From a virus (taxonomy: Duplodnaviria > Caudoviricetes): DNA of 64,000 bases. Under the pieces are notes generated by a model. It worked only from the letters and a program-made list of their open reading frames with translations. It did no database searches and was not told where the DNA came from. The DNA is taken from positions 7,253-71,252 of IMG/VR virus record IMGVR_UViG_3300036987_000202; one strand, written 5' to 3'. Positions 18,098-28,557 of this stretch are shown here, one piece after another (the first letter of the stretch is position 1; every line of letters begins with the position of its first letter). A program made the position numbers and the translations under genes.

Positions 18098-19864
18098 TTA
18101 TCGACTGCCTGTGATGATGAACGTCTGTTTGATGAACATGAAATGCAGCGGCGCGGGCACGATCCCCGTGAAAGCAAAGTTGAACCTGTCGCCGTGCAGC
18201 GAAAACTCGACATCGGAAAACGCTGCCGCTCCCGTATTGGGATCCTTGGTGAGCAGCCCATCATCGACATACCCGGGCAGAAGGTTGGTGATGGCGTAAT
18301 TCTGGATTGAGCTGATCACCAGGCTGTTCGGCGCTTTCTTGAGCTTGGCGATCATCGCCAACAGCTTTGCCTGGGAATCCAGGGTGATGAAGTCGCAGGT
18401 GCGCAGCATCGACGGCAGGTTAAGAATGAGGTTGGCCGCCTGGTAGGTGCTGACGTTGTGGGTGACCGTAAAGCCGCGGTCGTTGCGCTCGATGAGCGAT
18501 CCACCGGCGTCGATGATGTCCTTTTTGTCCTCCCTTTCCAGCTCCTCGCCCAGGGCCAGCACATTCACGTTTTTAAAGGTGACCGACGTGGTGATGTGGT
18601 TGGCAAACCGGATGCCCGCGCCCAGGGCCGCCCCGTAAAAGGGGTCGAAAAGACGTTTCTGGCTGCTGTTGGCAAGGTCATAGCGGTAAATCGGGGTGTT
18701 CCAGTATTCCAGCCTGGCCGACCCCAGCACCTTCATCTCCGCGATCCGCGCCGCCTTGGTTTTTCCCGAGGTTGCGCCTGCGCCTGCGCTCCGGTTGGCT
18801 TTGTTTTCGATACTGGACATCTCCTGGATGTGGGTGGCCACCATCGCGTGAATGGTGGGATCCCCCGAGGCAACCAGGATGTGATTGATGTTCATGCGCT
18901 TGAGGAACGCCAGGGCCTCGCTCCAGTTGGTTGAGGTCGTGGTGCCGTCGCTTCCGCCGGCGAAAAAGATGAAATTCGCATCGTTTCCCAGGGCTTCCCG
19001 GGCGGCTCCGGTGTGAAGCGCCGCGATGATTTCCCCCTGACTCTCGGTGTTGAAAAACTGGATGACGGCCTCGACATCTGCCCGGCAGTTATACGCCGTC
19101 GCCTTGATCGCCTGGGTGGTGACTGCATCCAGGGTGCTGGATGCCGCATCGGAACGGCCCAGGAGCACGCAGGTATACCCCGCCTGCTCGTTGATATACG
19201 CGACGAGCTGCCCGATGGTGGAGAAATCCGCAAAGGTCAGCGCGAGGTTCTCACTCCCGGGACCGCCGGTGATCGTGGTGGAAAGCTGGGTGCCGTTGAT
19301 GGTGAGCGTGGCGGCAGTTCCCGCACCCGTGTACTGGATGGAGAAATACGCCATGCCGACGTTATCCTTCTCGGCAACGAGCTTTCCCCTGAACTTTATG
19401 GTGATCTTTTTCCCGGCCACCGTGCCCGCCACGATGCTCCTGGTGAGCTGGTTGGTCTGTGCCCCATACCGCCTGGCTTTCAGGTCGATGATGTCCGCTA
19501 AAGCGGCGACGTTTTTCACGGCGCTGGTTGCACGGACCATGGGGTTGACCGCGCACACGAAGCACTTGCTGGGCACGGAAAGCTCCTCATCCCTGGTGGG
19601 GGTGAGGTAAAACTCCGTCATGTAGTAGGCCGGGCCGCCCACCAGTAAGTCCAGCGCCTTGGGAACGCTGGTAACCGGGTTGAGCTTCTCGATCTCCTCA
19701 TCGACGGTGGCATTGTAGGGGATCCCGCCCTTGGCTTCCCCGATGACGACCACGTTGGCGCTGGCGGCACGCACGGCACCCAAGGACGCCGGATAGTCCG
19801 AATCCGAATAAATGCCGGGAATATTGGTAGTGATGCCTTCAAACTCCTGAGATGCGATTCCCAT
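18098..19864 (-). CDS. Contractile tail sheath protein
   Basis: 588 aa; NIPGIY, IGEAKGG, FFAGGSDG and sheath-like C-terminal domain. Confidence 0.9.
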   Translation of the reverse strand: MGIASQEFEGITTNIPGIYSDSDYPASLGAVRAASANVVVIGEAKGGIPYNATVDEEIEKLNPVTSVPKALDLLVGGPAYYMTEFYLTPTRDEELSVPSKCFVCAVNPMVRATSAVKNVAALADIIDLKARRYGAQTNQLTRSIVAGTVAGKKITIKFRGKLVAEKDNVGMAYFSIQYTGAGTAATLTINGTQLSTTITGGPGSENLALTFADFSTIGQLVAYINEQAGYTCVLLGRSDAASSTLDAVTTQAIKATAYNCRADVEAVIQFFNTESQGEIIAALHTGAAREALGNDANFIFFAGGSDGTTTSTNWSEALAFLKRMNINHILVASGDPTIHAMVATHIQEMSSIENKANRSAGAGATSGKTKAARIAEMKVLGSARLEYWNTPIYRYDLANSSQKRLFDPFYGAALGAGIRFANHITTSVTFKNVNVLALGEELEREDKKDIIDAGGSLIERNDRGFTVTHNVSTYQAANLILNLPSMLRTCDFITLDSQAKLLAMIAKLKKAPNSLVISSIQNYAITNLLPGYVDDGLLTKDPNTGAAAFSDVEFSLHGDRFNFAFTGIVPAPLHFMFIKQTFIITGSR

Positions 19865-19876
19865 ATCTGTCTCCTT

Positions 19877-20104
19877 TTAAGAAATTTTCTTTTCTGTGTA
19901 CGCCACAAAAAGCTGTTCCCAGGTATCGACTCCCAGGCGTGCGCCCCGTTTCCCTTCACCGGCAACCCAGGCGATGAACCCCGCGGCGATGTAGCGGTTG
20001 AATGTTCGTACCGTCTTTGAGTTTGCCAGGTATTCTCCCAGCGTGATCACGGGTGCTTCGACCACGGTGGGCGCTTTTTCAACAATGGTGTTCTGTTTCA
20101 TCAT
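19877..20104 (-). CDS. Small hypothetical protein
   Basis: 75 aa in operon. Confidence 0.5.
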   Translation of the reverse strand: MMKQNTIVEKAPTVVEAPVITLGEYLANSKTVRTFNRYIAAGFIAWVAGEGKRGARLGVDTWEQLFVAYTEKKIS

Positions 20105-20106
20105 TA

Positions 20107-20922
20107 TTATGATTCCTCTTCGGGATAAATGATCACCCGGTCATTGGTTCCAACCGCCTGGAACCCCCCACGCAGAGCGCTCTGCGGGAGAGCGGTGAAC
20201 TCGCCATGAACGTCAAGTTCTACCGGCAGCTCGGCACAATCATAGACCGTATAATTGAATAGCTTGTTCAGAAATCGCAGGTTGGTTTCCTGGCCTAACA
20301 GCACTTTGCCAAAATTGGGATTGACCAGGCCCTTGGCGGTGTTGATGGAAATGTCGGTTAGCCCCGCACCGATCATCTTTGAGCGAAGATCGTAGAGGAT
20401 GGACCGCATGAGCGTGCCGATGATCTGGCGCTCCTGGGCGGTGTGGGTCCAAAGCGACACATATATCGACTCGCGCTGAAAGAACTGGTGGACCTCCACC
20501 AGGAGCTTGCCGCTCGGCTGATGTGCCAGGGCGGTTTCAATGGCGCGTATCTGCGCGTCGGTAATCAGACCTTCCTTGTAGCGCTCCTTCATGGAGTGAT
20601 AGCTGGCTTTCATTGTGGCGATCCACGCCGCGTCGATCAATTCATAGGCGCGTAATCCCTGGCCCACGGTGGTTGCTTCCTCGGTTTCGTCGCTGTCAAT
20701 CACCGAAATGGCGGGTACCAGGCCACTGAAATTCGGCGCCCCCCCTACCAGGACCGACATCATGAGCTGCACGATTGGGTGCTCTCCCGTGACGTTGATG
20801 GCTTTCACCACGCCCCCGGTCAGGCCCGGCAGGTCGCGCTTGGCCAGTTCCTCGCTGATGAGGTCGATAAACCAGTCTGGCGACAGGATGCAATAATCGG
20901 TATATTTGGTTATTTCGTTCAT
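20107..20922 (-). CDS. Tail completion/terminator-like protein
   Basis: 271 aa upstream of the sheath; PAISVIDSDE; assignment mainly by synteny. Confidence 0.45.
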   Translation of the reverse strand: MNEITKYTDYCILSPDWFIDLISEELAKRDLPGLTGGVVKAINVTGEHPIVQLMMSVLVGGAPNFSGLVPAISVIDSDETEEATTVGQGLRAYELIDAAWIATMKASYHSMKERYKEGLITDAQIRAIETALAHQPSGKLLVEVHQFFQRESIYVSLWTHTAQERQIIGTLMRSILYDLRSKMIGAGLTDISINTAKGLVNPNFGKVLLGQETNLRFLNKLFNYTVYDCAELPVELDVHGEFTALPQSALRGGFQAVGTNDRVIIYPEEES

Positions 20923-21659
20923 GCGTGACCCTTCATGTCTGCGACCAGGGACCGGAGATAATTGTCCAGGGCCGCGGAGACCATCTGCTGCACCTGGGTG
21001 AGCACCTTCTCAAAGACCGGGGTGGGCCGCACGCCCGGGTGTTGCCACCCCTGGGATTTTTCGGTCACCATGCGGAAGGTGAAAAACTGCCCGTGGCCCC
21101 CGGCCTCATTGTCATAGCGTTTCAGCCCCGCCATGTGGCCGTAATCCTTACCCCTGAGTGGGACGCCCGACTTAACGAGCGCATACACGTCCTTGGGCAT
21201 GACCCCTGCAAAACCACTGGCGGGCTTTTGGTTCTTCTTTGGGGTGCGATACCGAAACGGCACGATGATATAGCGGATCCCCTTGGTGGTGGTCTTGACG
21301 CGCTTGCTGTTGAGCAGGCCCTCCTTGATGGAAAAGCTCCTCATGCCTTCCTCGACCATGTTGACGAACATGATGGCGGGCCGCTGGGAGCGCTCATCAA
21401 CCTGCTCCTCATCGACATAGACACGGGCCTCCTGGCCCCCCGTCGAAGGATCCACCCTGATGGCGTTGGCGTACTTATCGCCCCAGGGCGAGGCGGCAAT
21501 CGCCTCTCCGCGCCAGAATTGGGCCGCCATATCCGCGATGGTGTTGGCCAGGCCGCTTGCCTGATTTTCCAGGTTTTTTCCCAGGAGCGCGAGGAGCCGC
21601 ATTACCGCGGTCCCGGTGTCTCCGGCGAACACGTCAAACATATTGTCCTCAATTCCCAT
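20919..21659 (-). CDS. Neck/tail-completion protein
   Basis: Probable start MGIEDN at 21659 overlapping the upstream stop; FRMVTEKSQGWQHPG motif. Confidence 0.5.
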   Translation of the reverse strand: MGIEDNMFDVFAGDTGTAVMRLLALLGKNLENQASGLANTIADMAAQFWRGEAIAASPWGDKYANAIRVDPSTGGQEARVYVDEEQVDERSQRPAIMFVNMVEEGMRSFSIKEGLLNSKRVKTTTKGIRYIIVPFRYRTPKKNQKPASGFAGVMPKDVYALVKSGVPLRGKDYGHMAGLKRYDNEAGGHGQFFTFRMVTEKSQGWQHPGVRPTPVFEKVLTQVQQMVSAALDNYLRSLVADMKGHA

Positions 21660-22842
21660 TGAAAAACCCCGTGTTGACGACGGCATTATCCTGGTGCCGG
21701 GTCTTGGCCCACAGCTTCGCGTTGATGAACTGCGGAAACTGTTTGTTCTCAAGGTTGTTGGGCTGCGGGTTATCGATAAATACCACATAGGTCGGGTGAT
21801 ACCCGTACCTGACGACGATCTTCTCACCCGGCTGGGGCTGGCTGCCGGTCCAGGATAGATCGCGGAAATTGCGGAGATGGAAGTCCTTGCCGCGGTAATA
21901 CCTGGTGCCGCGGGCGTCGAAAATGCACTCATCCACCTGGGAAATATCAAACTCAAAGAGCTTGTCGATCCCGGTGGCGGAATGGGTCAGGATCTCGCTG
22001 CGATAGATGGTAGGCGTTAAAAAGGTAATGAGATCCCCCTCGCCCACTTCAAACCACGGCTCAATCGCTATACGGCAATTCCCCTGGGGGATGTCCGAGG
22101 TCCATTTTTCCTCTTTCCCCTGGCGCGATTCGACATCATTGGGGATGACCTTGGCCACGGGCACATAATAGAGGTCCGCGACCACCTTCCCCGGGGTGGG
22201 CGCAGGTTCATCGTCCCCCAGGTAGATATAATTCTTGGTATGGGTAAAGGAGCGAAACTCATGGCCCCGTGCCTCATCATAAACTCTGATTACATGGGCG
22301 ATGTCGCCATGCACGCCCTGGAAGTTGCTGGAGCGATACCCGTCATCATACTTGGTGCCCAGGACCTCCAGGGTCTTGGTGGCGGCGTCAACCACGGGGC
22401 GCTCATCGTTTAAGCGCTCCCAGCGGTCGAAAATATAGCTCACTCGCATCTTTTCATACGGACGAGGTGCCGGGTCGCCGGAGATCGTGATGCTGGTGGG
22501 GGTAAAGCCCTCTATCGCATACCGGGTAATACCCCCCTGCTCCTCCGGCAAGAGGCGGTCAACGGTGAGCGGTTCCATGACGGGAATCCTGAACGGGTAC
22601 ACCACGCGGCCATCGGCGGAGATGTCGCTGTCCTCGTCTGCCTGGAACAGGCGGCGCTGGAAGTCATAGATCAGCCCGTCGCCGTGACAGAGCGTACAGA
22701 ACATGTCAGGGGATCCATTGGGCATGACGCAGGGGCACTTGCGGGATCGCACGATCCTCGCCAGGACCCCGTGGCGCTGGATTAATCCGATAAAGGTATC
22801 CGGCCTTCCCTCGATGGGGAACGCCGGGCTTTGCCGCCCCAT
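21649..22842 (-). CDS. Head-closure/neck protein
   Basis: Probable start MGRQSP at 22842; CPC...C..C.GDG zinc motif. Confidence 0.5.
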   Translation of the reverse strand: MGRQSPAFPIEGRPDTFIGLIQRHGVLARIVRSRKCPCVMPNGSPDMFCTLCHGDGLIYDFQRRLFQADEDSDISADGRVVYPFRIPVMEPLTVDRLLPEEQGGITRYAIEGFTPTSITISGDPAPRPYEKMRVSYIFDRWERLNDERPVVDAATKTLEVLGTKYDDGYRSSNFQGVHGDIAHVIRVYDEARGHEFRSFTHTKNYIYLGDDEPAPTPGKVVADLYYVPVAKVIPNDVESRQGKEEKWTSDIPQGNCRIAIEPWFEVGEGDLITFLTPTIYRSEILTHSATGIDKLFEFDISQVDECIFDARGTRYYRGKDFHLRNFRDLSWTGSQPQPGEKIVVRYGYHPTYVVFIDNPQPNNLENKQFPQFINAKLWAKTRHQDNAVVNTGFFNGN

Positions 22843-22846
22843 GTGC

Positions 22847-23353
22847 CTATCTGTGGCCATGAGCCTCCCCGAAAATGCTCTTGAGTTGCGCATCGCCGTA
22901 ATAACTTTTGAGGGCTTCCTCGCCCCCGGCGATGTCTGCCGCTTCCTTGCGGCTGGGTGTAAATACTCCCTCGATGTCAGGCCCCAGCATGTCCTTGTAC
23001 TGCTGCATCATGCCAGCGATGGCATCCAGGGCTTGCGGGGGCAGGTTTGATTGCTGGTATTTCTCCAGGGAATCTGACAAAAATAAAATCAGGTTTGCTT
23101 TTTGCGCCTGGATGAGTGCCTGGTAAAATGTGTGAGCATCATGCGCCATGGCCTGCGGCGCGAAGGTCCCTTTCTCGACCCCCTGCTGCACCATCAGGAT
23201 GATGGCGGCAGGGCTGTAAAAACGCTCAGTCCCCTTTTTCCAGTAAAAGAAAATGCCCTCGGGGAGCTGTTCCTTGCGGGCCTCCTCGATGGATTCCGCC
23301 TGGCAGTAGAGGATTTTTTCGCCGTTGAGTTCTCCGATTTCCTGTTCTATCAT
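22847..23353 (-). CDS. Hypothetical head/neck-region protein
   Basis: Start MIEQEIGE at 23353 with GGAGG RBS. Confidence 0.55.
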   Translation of the reverse strand: MIEQEIGELNGEKILYCQAESIEEARKEQLPEGIFFYWKKGTERFYSPAAIILMVQQGVEKGTFAPQAMAHDAHTFYQALIQAQKANLILFLSDSLEKYQQSNLPPQALDAIAGMMQQYKDMLGPDIEGVFTPSRKEAADIAGGEEALKSYYGDAQLKSIFGEAHGHR

Positions 23354-23369
23354 CACCCGCCTCCTGCCG

Positions 23370-24263
23370 TTACAGCACGCCGAATGGGTTGCGCTGGTAG
23401 CGTTTGGCGTTGTGCCCCCACCAGGTTTTAATCCATTTCTGCCATTCAATAATACGCGCCCCGTACATCGCATTTGTCGCGGACATTGTGGTCGTGAATG
23501 ATTCCGAGATACTGTTCAGTGATGCGCTCTGGCTGGCGACTGCGGCGCTGCGGCCATCACCGTAGTCCGACATGAGCATGATGCCCGCGAGCTTCCTGGT
23601 CAGCTCCCGCACGTCTGTCGGGATTGCGCTGGCATTGGGCCAGCCGGTACGATAGTCGAGGAGCAGGGCCTCGGGGAAGTTCTCAAGGGGATAGCGTATC
23701 TTCTGGAGTGACTGCGATATGAACGGCAGGCCGATCATCGTAGTGCCGATCTGCGGGAAGAACTGTACCCGGGCTTCCAGGCCCGCCATTTCACGTCGCC
23801 AGGGATAGATGTCGATGAGTTTGCTTTGCACGGGATCCACCAGCTTGGCCAGCAGAACCTCCTGGAGGGGGCGGCGGCGGAGCTTCGTGAACATATAGTA
23901 GTTTGCCAGGGTGGTTTTATAGGGATATCCAGGCTCCCGCACCTGGTTGCGCTCCCCGGGATCGATGTCGGTACGGGGTATCCTGGCCCCCGTGGTAGTG
24001 TCGATTGGGTCATTGTGGCGCACGATCCTGGGATAGAGGTCGATCTGGAGATCAGCCTCGACAATGCCGACGGCATGATCGATATAATATTGCAGGTTGT
24101 CGTCCGTGTAGGTTTGTGCGGCATCAGAGGCGACGAGCTTGACCCCGAACATGACGATATAGCGCAGTTCATCGGGCGTGACGAGTTTCCCCCAGCCCGG
24201 GGCGTAATGATCGCTGGTTAGATCGGGGTTGTTAAAGCCAAATCCAATTCTCATTTCGGCCAT
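23370..24263 (-). CDS. Head-tail adaptor/neck protein
   Basis: 297 aa; DYRTGW...IPTDVREL and SLNSISESF...AMYGARI adaptor-like motifs. Confidence 0.6.
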   Translation of the reverse strand: MAEMRIGFGFNNPDLTSDHYAPGWGKLVTPDELRYIVMFGVKLVASDAAQTYTDDNLQYYIDHAVGIVEADLQIDLYPRIVRHNDPIDTTTGARIPRTDIDPGERNQVREPGYPYKTTLANYYMFTKLRRRPLQEVLLAKLVDPVQSKLIDIYPWRREMAGLEARVQFFPQIGTTMIGLPFISQSLQKIRYPLENFPEALLLDYRTGWPNASAIPTDVRELTRKLAGIMLMSDYGDGRSAAVASQSASLNSISESFTTTMSATNAMYGARIIEWQKWIKTWWGHNAKRYQRNPFGVL

Positions 24264-24319
24264 GATACCACCATGGAAATGAAAGGACAGGGCGGAATTA
24301 CCCTGCCCTTTCTGTGTTT

Positions 24320-24682
24320 TTACTCAAAAAGCAGGTACTTGATCTTGATGGGCTGGGTCGCCGCGGTTTCCACGGTGATACTCGAGAGCTGTCCGAATAA
24401 CACCAGGGCCGAGCTTACTTTTATCCCCGCCGTGTTCGCGTCGTTTTTCACGGTGATGACCCCCCCCTCGACGGCGATTAAAAACCCCTTCGCCGTGGAC
24501 ACGCCACCTGCATGGAGCGATACAACGCTGTCGGCAACCGACAGCATACGCTCCTGGTAGATGTGTTCCTGGACGTTAGAGATTGCGCCAAAGAGAGTGG
24601 AAAGGTCAAACGAGAGGAAATTCTGATTGTTGACCTCGTTCACCAGGTTAATCTGGCCCGTGATGAGTGCCTTGAGAGCCAT
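24320..24682 (-). CDS. Small virion structural protein (hypothetical)
   Basis: 120 aa beta-rich, after the capsid gene. Confidence 0.5.
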   Translation of the reverse strand: MALKALITGQINLVNEVNNQNFLSFDLSTLFGAISNVQEHIYQERMLSVADSVVSLHAGGVSTAKGFLIAVEGGVITVKNDANTAGIKVSSALVLFGQLSSITVETAATQPIKIKYLLFE

Positions 24683-24700
24683 GGTAAATCCTCCGGTTGA

Positions 24701-25036
24701 TTAAATCCCAAATCCCTGGGGAGACACGACAAGATAGAATCCCTTGGCGATCTGGATTGAGCCGACGAGCTTGACACCGCCGTTGAGCCTCATCGGTGCA
24801 CCCCACAGGTGCAGCGGGGTACTGACGCCCGCGGCAACCGGGTTGTTGTTGCAGTCGTTGATGGTAAAGGCGGCACCGGCCTGGACGTGCTCCAGGAATA
24901 CCACGATGTCATCACCGACAAAGAGCGGGTCAGTGCCTTTCAGCACAAACTGATTGTTGATCCTGGCGAGTGCGATCTCGTTGGGATCAAGGTGCGTGAC
25001 GACGTTCGCCCTTGGTAATCCGTTTATCAATGCCAT
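24701..25036 (-). CDS. Small virion structural protein (hypothetical)
   Basis: 111 aa with RBS GGGG. Confidence 0.5.
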   Translation of the reverse strand: MALINGLPRANVVTHLDPNEIALARINNQFVLKGTDPLFVGDDIVVFLEHVQAGAAFTINDCNNNPVAAGVSTPLHLWGAPMRLNGGVKLVGSIQIAKGFYLVVSPQGFGI

Positions 25037-25048
25037 CTGGTTACCCCG

Positions 25049-25339
25049 TTACGATGTGATTATTTCCCACTTCGCCGCCCGGGTGACGAACACCTGGCCC
25101 GTGCTGGGATTAATGCCCAGGCTACCGGTTCCCGCAGATGAAACGGCCCCATCAACGGTTCCCGCCGGTAGGAGTTTGATGACGATAGGAACATTCGAAC
25201 CGTCTTTCCCCAGCGTGAGCAGGCCACCATCGGAATCCGTGGCGACAATTGACTCAAGCGCGTGGATCCTGTCGCCCAAAACGGCTTTCTTGGCGGCGGG
25301 GTTCATGGTGTTGAGTTGTTTTCGTGATATATCATCCAT
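25049..25339 (-). CDS. Possible capsid decoration protein
   Basis: 96 aa directly after the major capsid gene with AAGGAG RBS. Confidence 0.45.
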   Translation of the reverse strand: MDDISRKQLNTMNPAAKKAVLGDRIHALESIVATDSDGGLLTLGKDGSNVPIVIKLLPAGTVDGAVSSAGTGSLGINPSTGQVFVTRAAKWEIITS

Positions 25340-25408
25340 GATGATCTCCTTTTCAATAAAGTAGTAATAGCGGGGCCGGGAGTGGCCCCGCCATCACATA
25401 CCCGTACC

Positions 25409-26896
25409 CTATATACTCAGGTACTTGTTTGCCGACTGTACGCCGATGGGCACGTTCTCAAACATGACGAATCTGAGAGGTGCATAATACAGCGGGGTCG
25501 CGTACAGATTGATCGTTCCCCACCTGTAAGGCCCGATGGCCGCATACTCCAGGGCGTGCATCGGCGCAAGCCGCTTGAGCATGAAGGTCCTCATGTCGCC
25601 TATCGAGGTGAGGTCCAGGAGAAACATCTTTGACGTGCCCGGGATCGTGAGGTTTCTGTCCGCGAACACCGTGGTCGGGCTGCCGGAATCCTTGATCCTG
25701 CCGATCAGGTAAAACTTGCCGTTCCCGGCAACCAGCTCGGAGTAAATCTCGTAATACGTTGACGGATAGGCGTCGCCACCCGCCTTGGTGATCGTGATGT
25801 TGTTTGCGCCACCGGCTGCGACTGCACCACCGGCTGCACCGGACGCGCAGGCGTTGGAAAGACCAAACCTGTTGCCCGCGGCCACGCGGTAGTTGTAGAT
25901 CACGCCCGAGGGCCTGACGCCGGTTGCGGAGAACTTGGAGCCGGATACGCCTGTCGCCGCCGCCACCGCGATGGTGGGAGCCGTGGGAGCGTTCACGCTC
26001 GTTTTCCCCTCGATGAGGGTCCTGGGGTTGGACGGATCGGGGGTCATGGGAACGCCGCGGGAATCGTACTCGCCCGCGAGGAAAATGTCCACCTTAGGTA
26101 CGATAGTACCGAACGAGGTGTGAATCTTCTTCGTGCCGTAACCGACCGAAAGGCCGCCATTGTTGTCCAGGGACCCCTGCAAGAAGCGCTGTGCGGGTTC
26201 CATGATGGTGTCCAGGGTGGACTGAGCACCGGGCGAGAGGTAGAGGCCGCAGCCGTCCACCACGCCGAAATTGGCGGTGATCAGCTCGGCAGCCTGGCGG
26301 AAATCCGCCTGCGTGGGAGCGATGCCGCGAAGGTCAACAACGTGATCCACGGACCCGTTGCCCTTGATGACTTTTTCGAAGCCGTCAATCGACTCCGCTG
26401 CGAACTCGCTGTCGCCCGAATAGAGCGCACGGTTCATGTTCCTGAGACAGCGCATGGACGCGGCCTGCTTCGACGCCGCTTCCGCGGGGGTGATGGTTTC
26501 GACCATGCCCGCCACCGAGCTGAATTTCCACATCTGGCGCTGGAATTTCATCTTGGCGAAATCCCGTGCGTACTGCGGATCGCTCTCGATGGGATTTTCC
26601 ATCTGCTGTACCCAGCCGCTTGAATCCTGGCCGTGGCCGAACATGACGGAATACTCCTCCAGGGTCGATTTTGCCGCGCCCTTGGGTATGTCCTTCCAGA
26701 GCGTGAGGTGCTTGTCCGACGCGGTGAGCATTACCAGGGTGCTTTCAAGCGACTGCGGCTGGAGAGCGCCCAGGCCCTTGAGGTTGGCAACGTCCGTGAT
26801 GCCTTCCTGGGCCGAAAGAGCCTTGAGAAGCGACTGCACATCTTCCATGGATGCGCTGCCGAAACCTTCCCATGCTTCATTGTGATTGATGTCCAT
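25409..26896 (-). CDS. Major capsid protein (SPO1/Twort-like)
   Basis: 495 aa; ALQPQSLESTL..LT...HL..WKDI.K..AKSTLEEY resembles Herelleviridae-type capsid N-terminus. Confidence 0.85.
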   Translation of the reverse strand: MDINHNEAWEGFGSASMEDVQSLLKALSAQEGITDVANLKGLGALQPQSLESTLVMLTASDKHLTLWKDIPKGAAKSTLEEYSVMFGHGQDSSGWVQQMENPIESDPQYARDFAKMKFQRQMWKFSSVAGMVETITPAEAASKQAASMRCLRNMNRALYSGDSEFAAESIDGFEKVIKGNGSVDHVVDLRGIAPTQADFRQAAELITANFGVVDGCGLYLSPGAQSTLDTIMEPAQRFLQGSLDNNGGLSVGYGTKKIHTSFGTIVPKVDIFLAGEYDSRGVPMTPDPSNPRTLIEGKTSVNAPTAPTIAVAAATGVSGSKFSATGVRPSGVIYNYRVAAGNRFGLSNACASGAAGGAVAAGGANNITITKAGGDAYPSTYYEIYSELVAGNGKFYLIGRIKDSGSPTTVFADRNLTIPGTSKMFLLDLTSIGDMRTFMLKRLAPMHALEYAAIGPYRWGTINLYATPLYYAPLRFVMFENVPIGVQSANKYLSI

Positions 26897-26925
26897 TATA
26901 GTGGATCCTCCTTATTGATATCTGC

Positions 26926-27597
26926 TTAAACGATCAGGGCGTCGATGGACGCGAGGATCGAGGGCGAGAGCCTGCTGAGATTGCCACCACACAGGTCGAG
27001 CTGGGTGATGATCGAGGTGGCGTTCTCGTTGCCCTCCATGGACGCCTTGAGGACCATCCTCTTGATCTCCTTGTAATTCATGCCCTTGGCCTTGACCAGG
27101 GGCATCCCCCTCTCGGGAAGCTGCTGTGGGTCAAAGGTTTCACTCCTGCGGGGCATCGGCTCCTTGCCGATCGCGTCCAGGGTGTCCATGGCCTTGACCA
27201 GGACTCCGCCGCTGGCCTTGATGAGGTCCTCGTTGTACTCCATGCGGCCCTCGATTCCGGCGATCCTCTCGTTGAGTTCGCCCATCTTCTCGACGAGGCC
27301 GTTACCCATGTCGATGAGGGCCTTGATGAACTGCGTTCCCTCAACCAGGGTGGCGTCTGCTTCGTCGATTCCCTCAATCTCGTCGGCAGCCTTGACGAAG
27401 GCTTTTGCCATGAGGCCCAGGTCCTCGGCATACTTCTTGGCCTCGTCCTTGTTTTCCTTCATGTACCGTTTGAGGTATTTTTTCATGTACGACTCGTCGT
27501 ACTCGTCCTTCCCTTCTTCGGCCCGCTCGTCGTCCTCGGGTTCTTCGGAATCGGAAGCCTTGAGTAGGGCGTTCAGGATTTCGATTTCATCTTTCAT
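26926..27597 (-). CDS. Capsid scaffold protein
   Basis: 223 aa acidic, helical, between protease and capsid; eight KA motifs. Confidence 0.7.
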   Translation of the reverse strand: MKDEIEILNALLKASDSEEPEDDERAEEGKDEYDESYMKKYLKRYMKENKDEAKKYAEDLGLMAKAFVKAADEIEGIDEADATLVEGTQFIKALIDMGNGLVEKMGELNERIAGIEGRMEYNEDLIKASGGVLVKAMDTLDAIGKEPMPRRSETFDPQQLPERGMPLVKAKGMNYKEIKRMVLKASMEGNENATSIITQLDLCGGNLSRLSPSILASIDALIV

Positions 27598-27607
27598 CCT
27601 GGTCCTC

Positions 27608-28480
27608 CTAAATTTGATTTATGAGCGCCCGAATGTGATCCCGAAAGGTGTCCATGAATCGGGAGATGGTTCGCTCGTTGATGCCTTTGGTGGTGAGATA
27701 TGCGATGACGCCCTGGCGCGAGGGCGATATGGAGCCGTCGATAATGCCCATCATTACCATGTCTTTCAGCCCATCGAACGACTGGCCCTTCGTGGCCCCT
27801 TCCAGGCTTTGCGTGCGCAGGGCATCAAATCCCCCCAGGGCGGCGCTGTCGGTGCCGTAGCCCGCGGTGAGTGCCTTACGGAGATGGTCCTCGTTGTTGA
27901 TGAGGCGATAGTCATGGGAGAATGAGGAGAGGTCGGAAAATTCGATCATGAGGTCGTTGCTGGCTTTTGCCATGCTCACCCGGCTTCCGCCGGACACGAC
28001 ATAGGGCAGCGCGGCGACGGCGATATGATTCCAGTCGATTGCGCTGATCTGGTCCTTCGCCTTGTTGATGGACTGGTCAAAAACCCGCTGTGCCTTGGTG
28101 ATGTTCCCGCCCACGGATGCCCCGAACACATCTTGACCGGCTTCCAGATGGGGTTGGATGGATTTACTGACGATGGGGTGCGCCTTGGTGAGGTTCCCGT
28201 ACACGACCGGCAGACCGGACTCCCACTGGAAGCCCGTGGGCTTGCCGATGATCGCCTGTGCCCGGGCCTCGGGGGTTTTCCCCAGCACTGATTGGTGGTG
28301 CCAGTCGATGATCCCCTCATCGAGGAACTTCTCCACGGTTGCCTTGCTGAACGCCTGGGGCAGGATCTCCTGGTTTTCCCGGTCCAGCTCCAGGCGGTTG
28401 GCAATCATGCGAATGGGAAGCACCAGGTCGTTTTCGCCTTGGGCCTTCTGTAACATCCAGTTCCCTATGTAAACTCTCAT
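27608..28480 (-). CDS. Prohead protease
   Basis: DRENQEI...IDWHH...IIGKP...GASVGG...WNHIAV motifs of phage maturation proteases. Confidence 0.8.
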   Translation of the reverse strand: MRVYIGNWMLQKAQGENDLVLPIRMIANRLELDRENQEILPQAFSKATVEKFLDEGIIDWHHQSVLGKTPEARAQAIIGKPTGFQWESGLPVVYGNLTKAHPIVSKSIQPHLEAGQDVFGASVGGNITKAQRVFDQSINKAKDQISAIDWNHIAVAALPYVVSGGSRVSMAKASNDLMIEFSDLSSFSHDYRLINNEDHLRKALTAGYGTDSAALGGFDALRTQSLEGATKGQSFDGLKDMVMMGIIDGSISPSRQGVIAYLTTKGINERTISRFMDTFRDHIRALINQI

Positions 28481-28491
28481 GGTCCCCCGTA

Positions 28492-28535
28492 AAACAAAAG
28501 AGCCACCATACTGTTAAAAAACAGCATGGTGGCTC
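28492..28535 (-). terminator. Terminator-like hairpin just upstream of the protease start
   Basis: Minus strand GAGCCACCATGCTGTT...AACAGTATGGTGGCTC then TTTTGTTTT. Confidence 0.6.
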
Positions 28536-28557
28536 ATAAAGTCGGCCTTCTTATGTA

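Noticed and set aside
8101-19864. Stand-alone tailocin or extracellular contractile injection system
   Set aside because: Capsid, scaffold, protease, portal and both terminase subunits are in the same operon.
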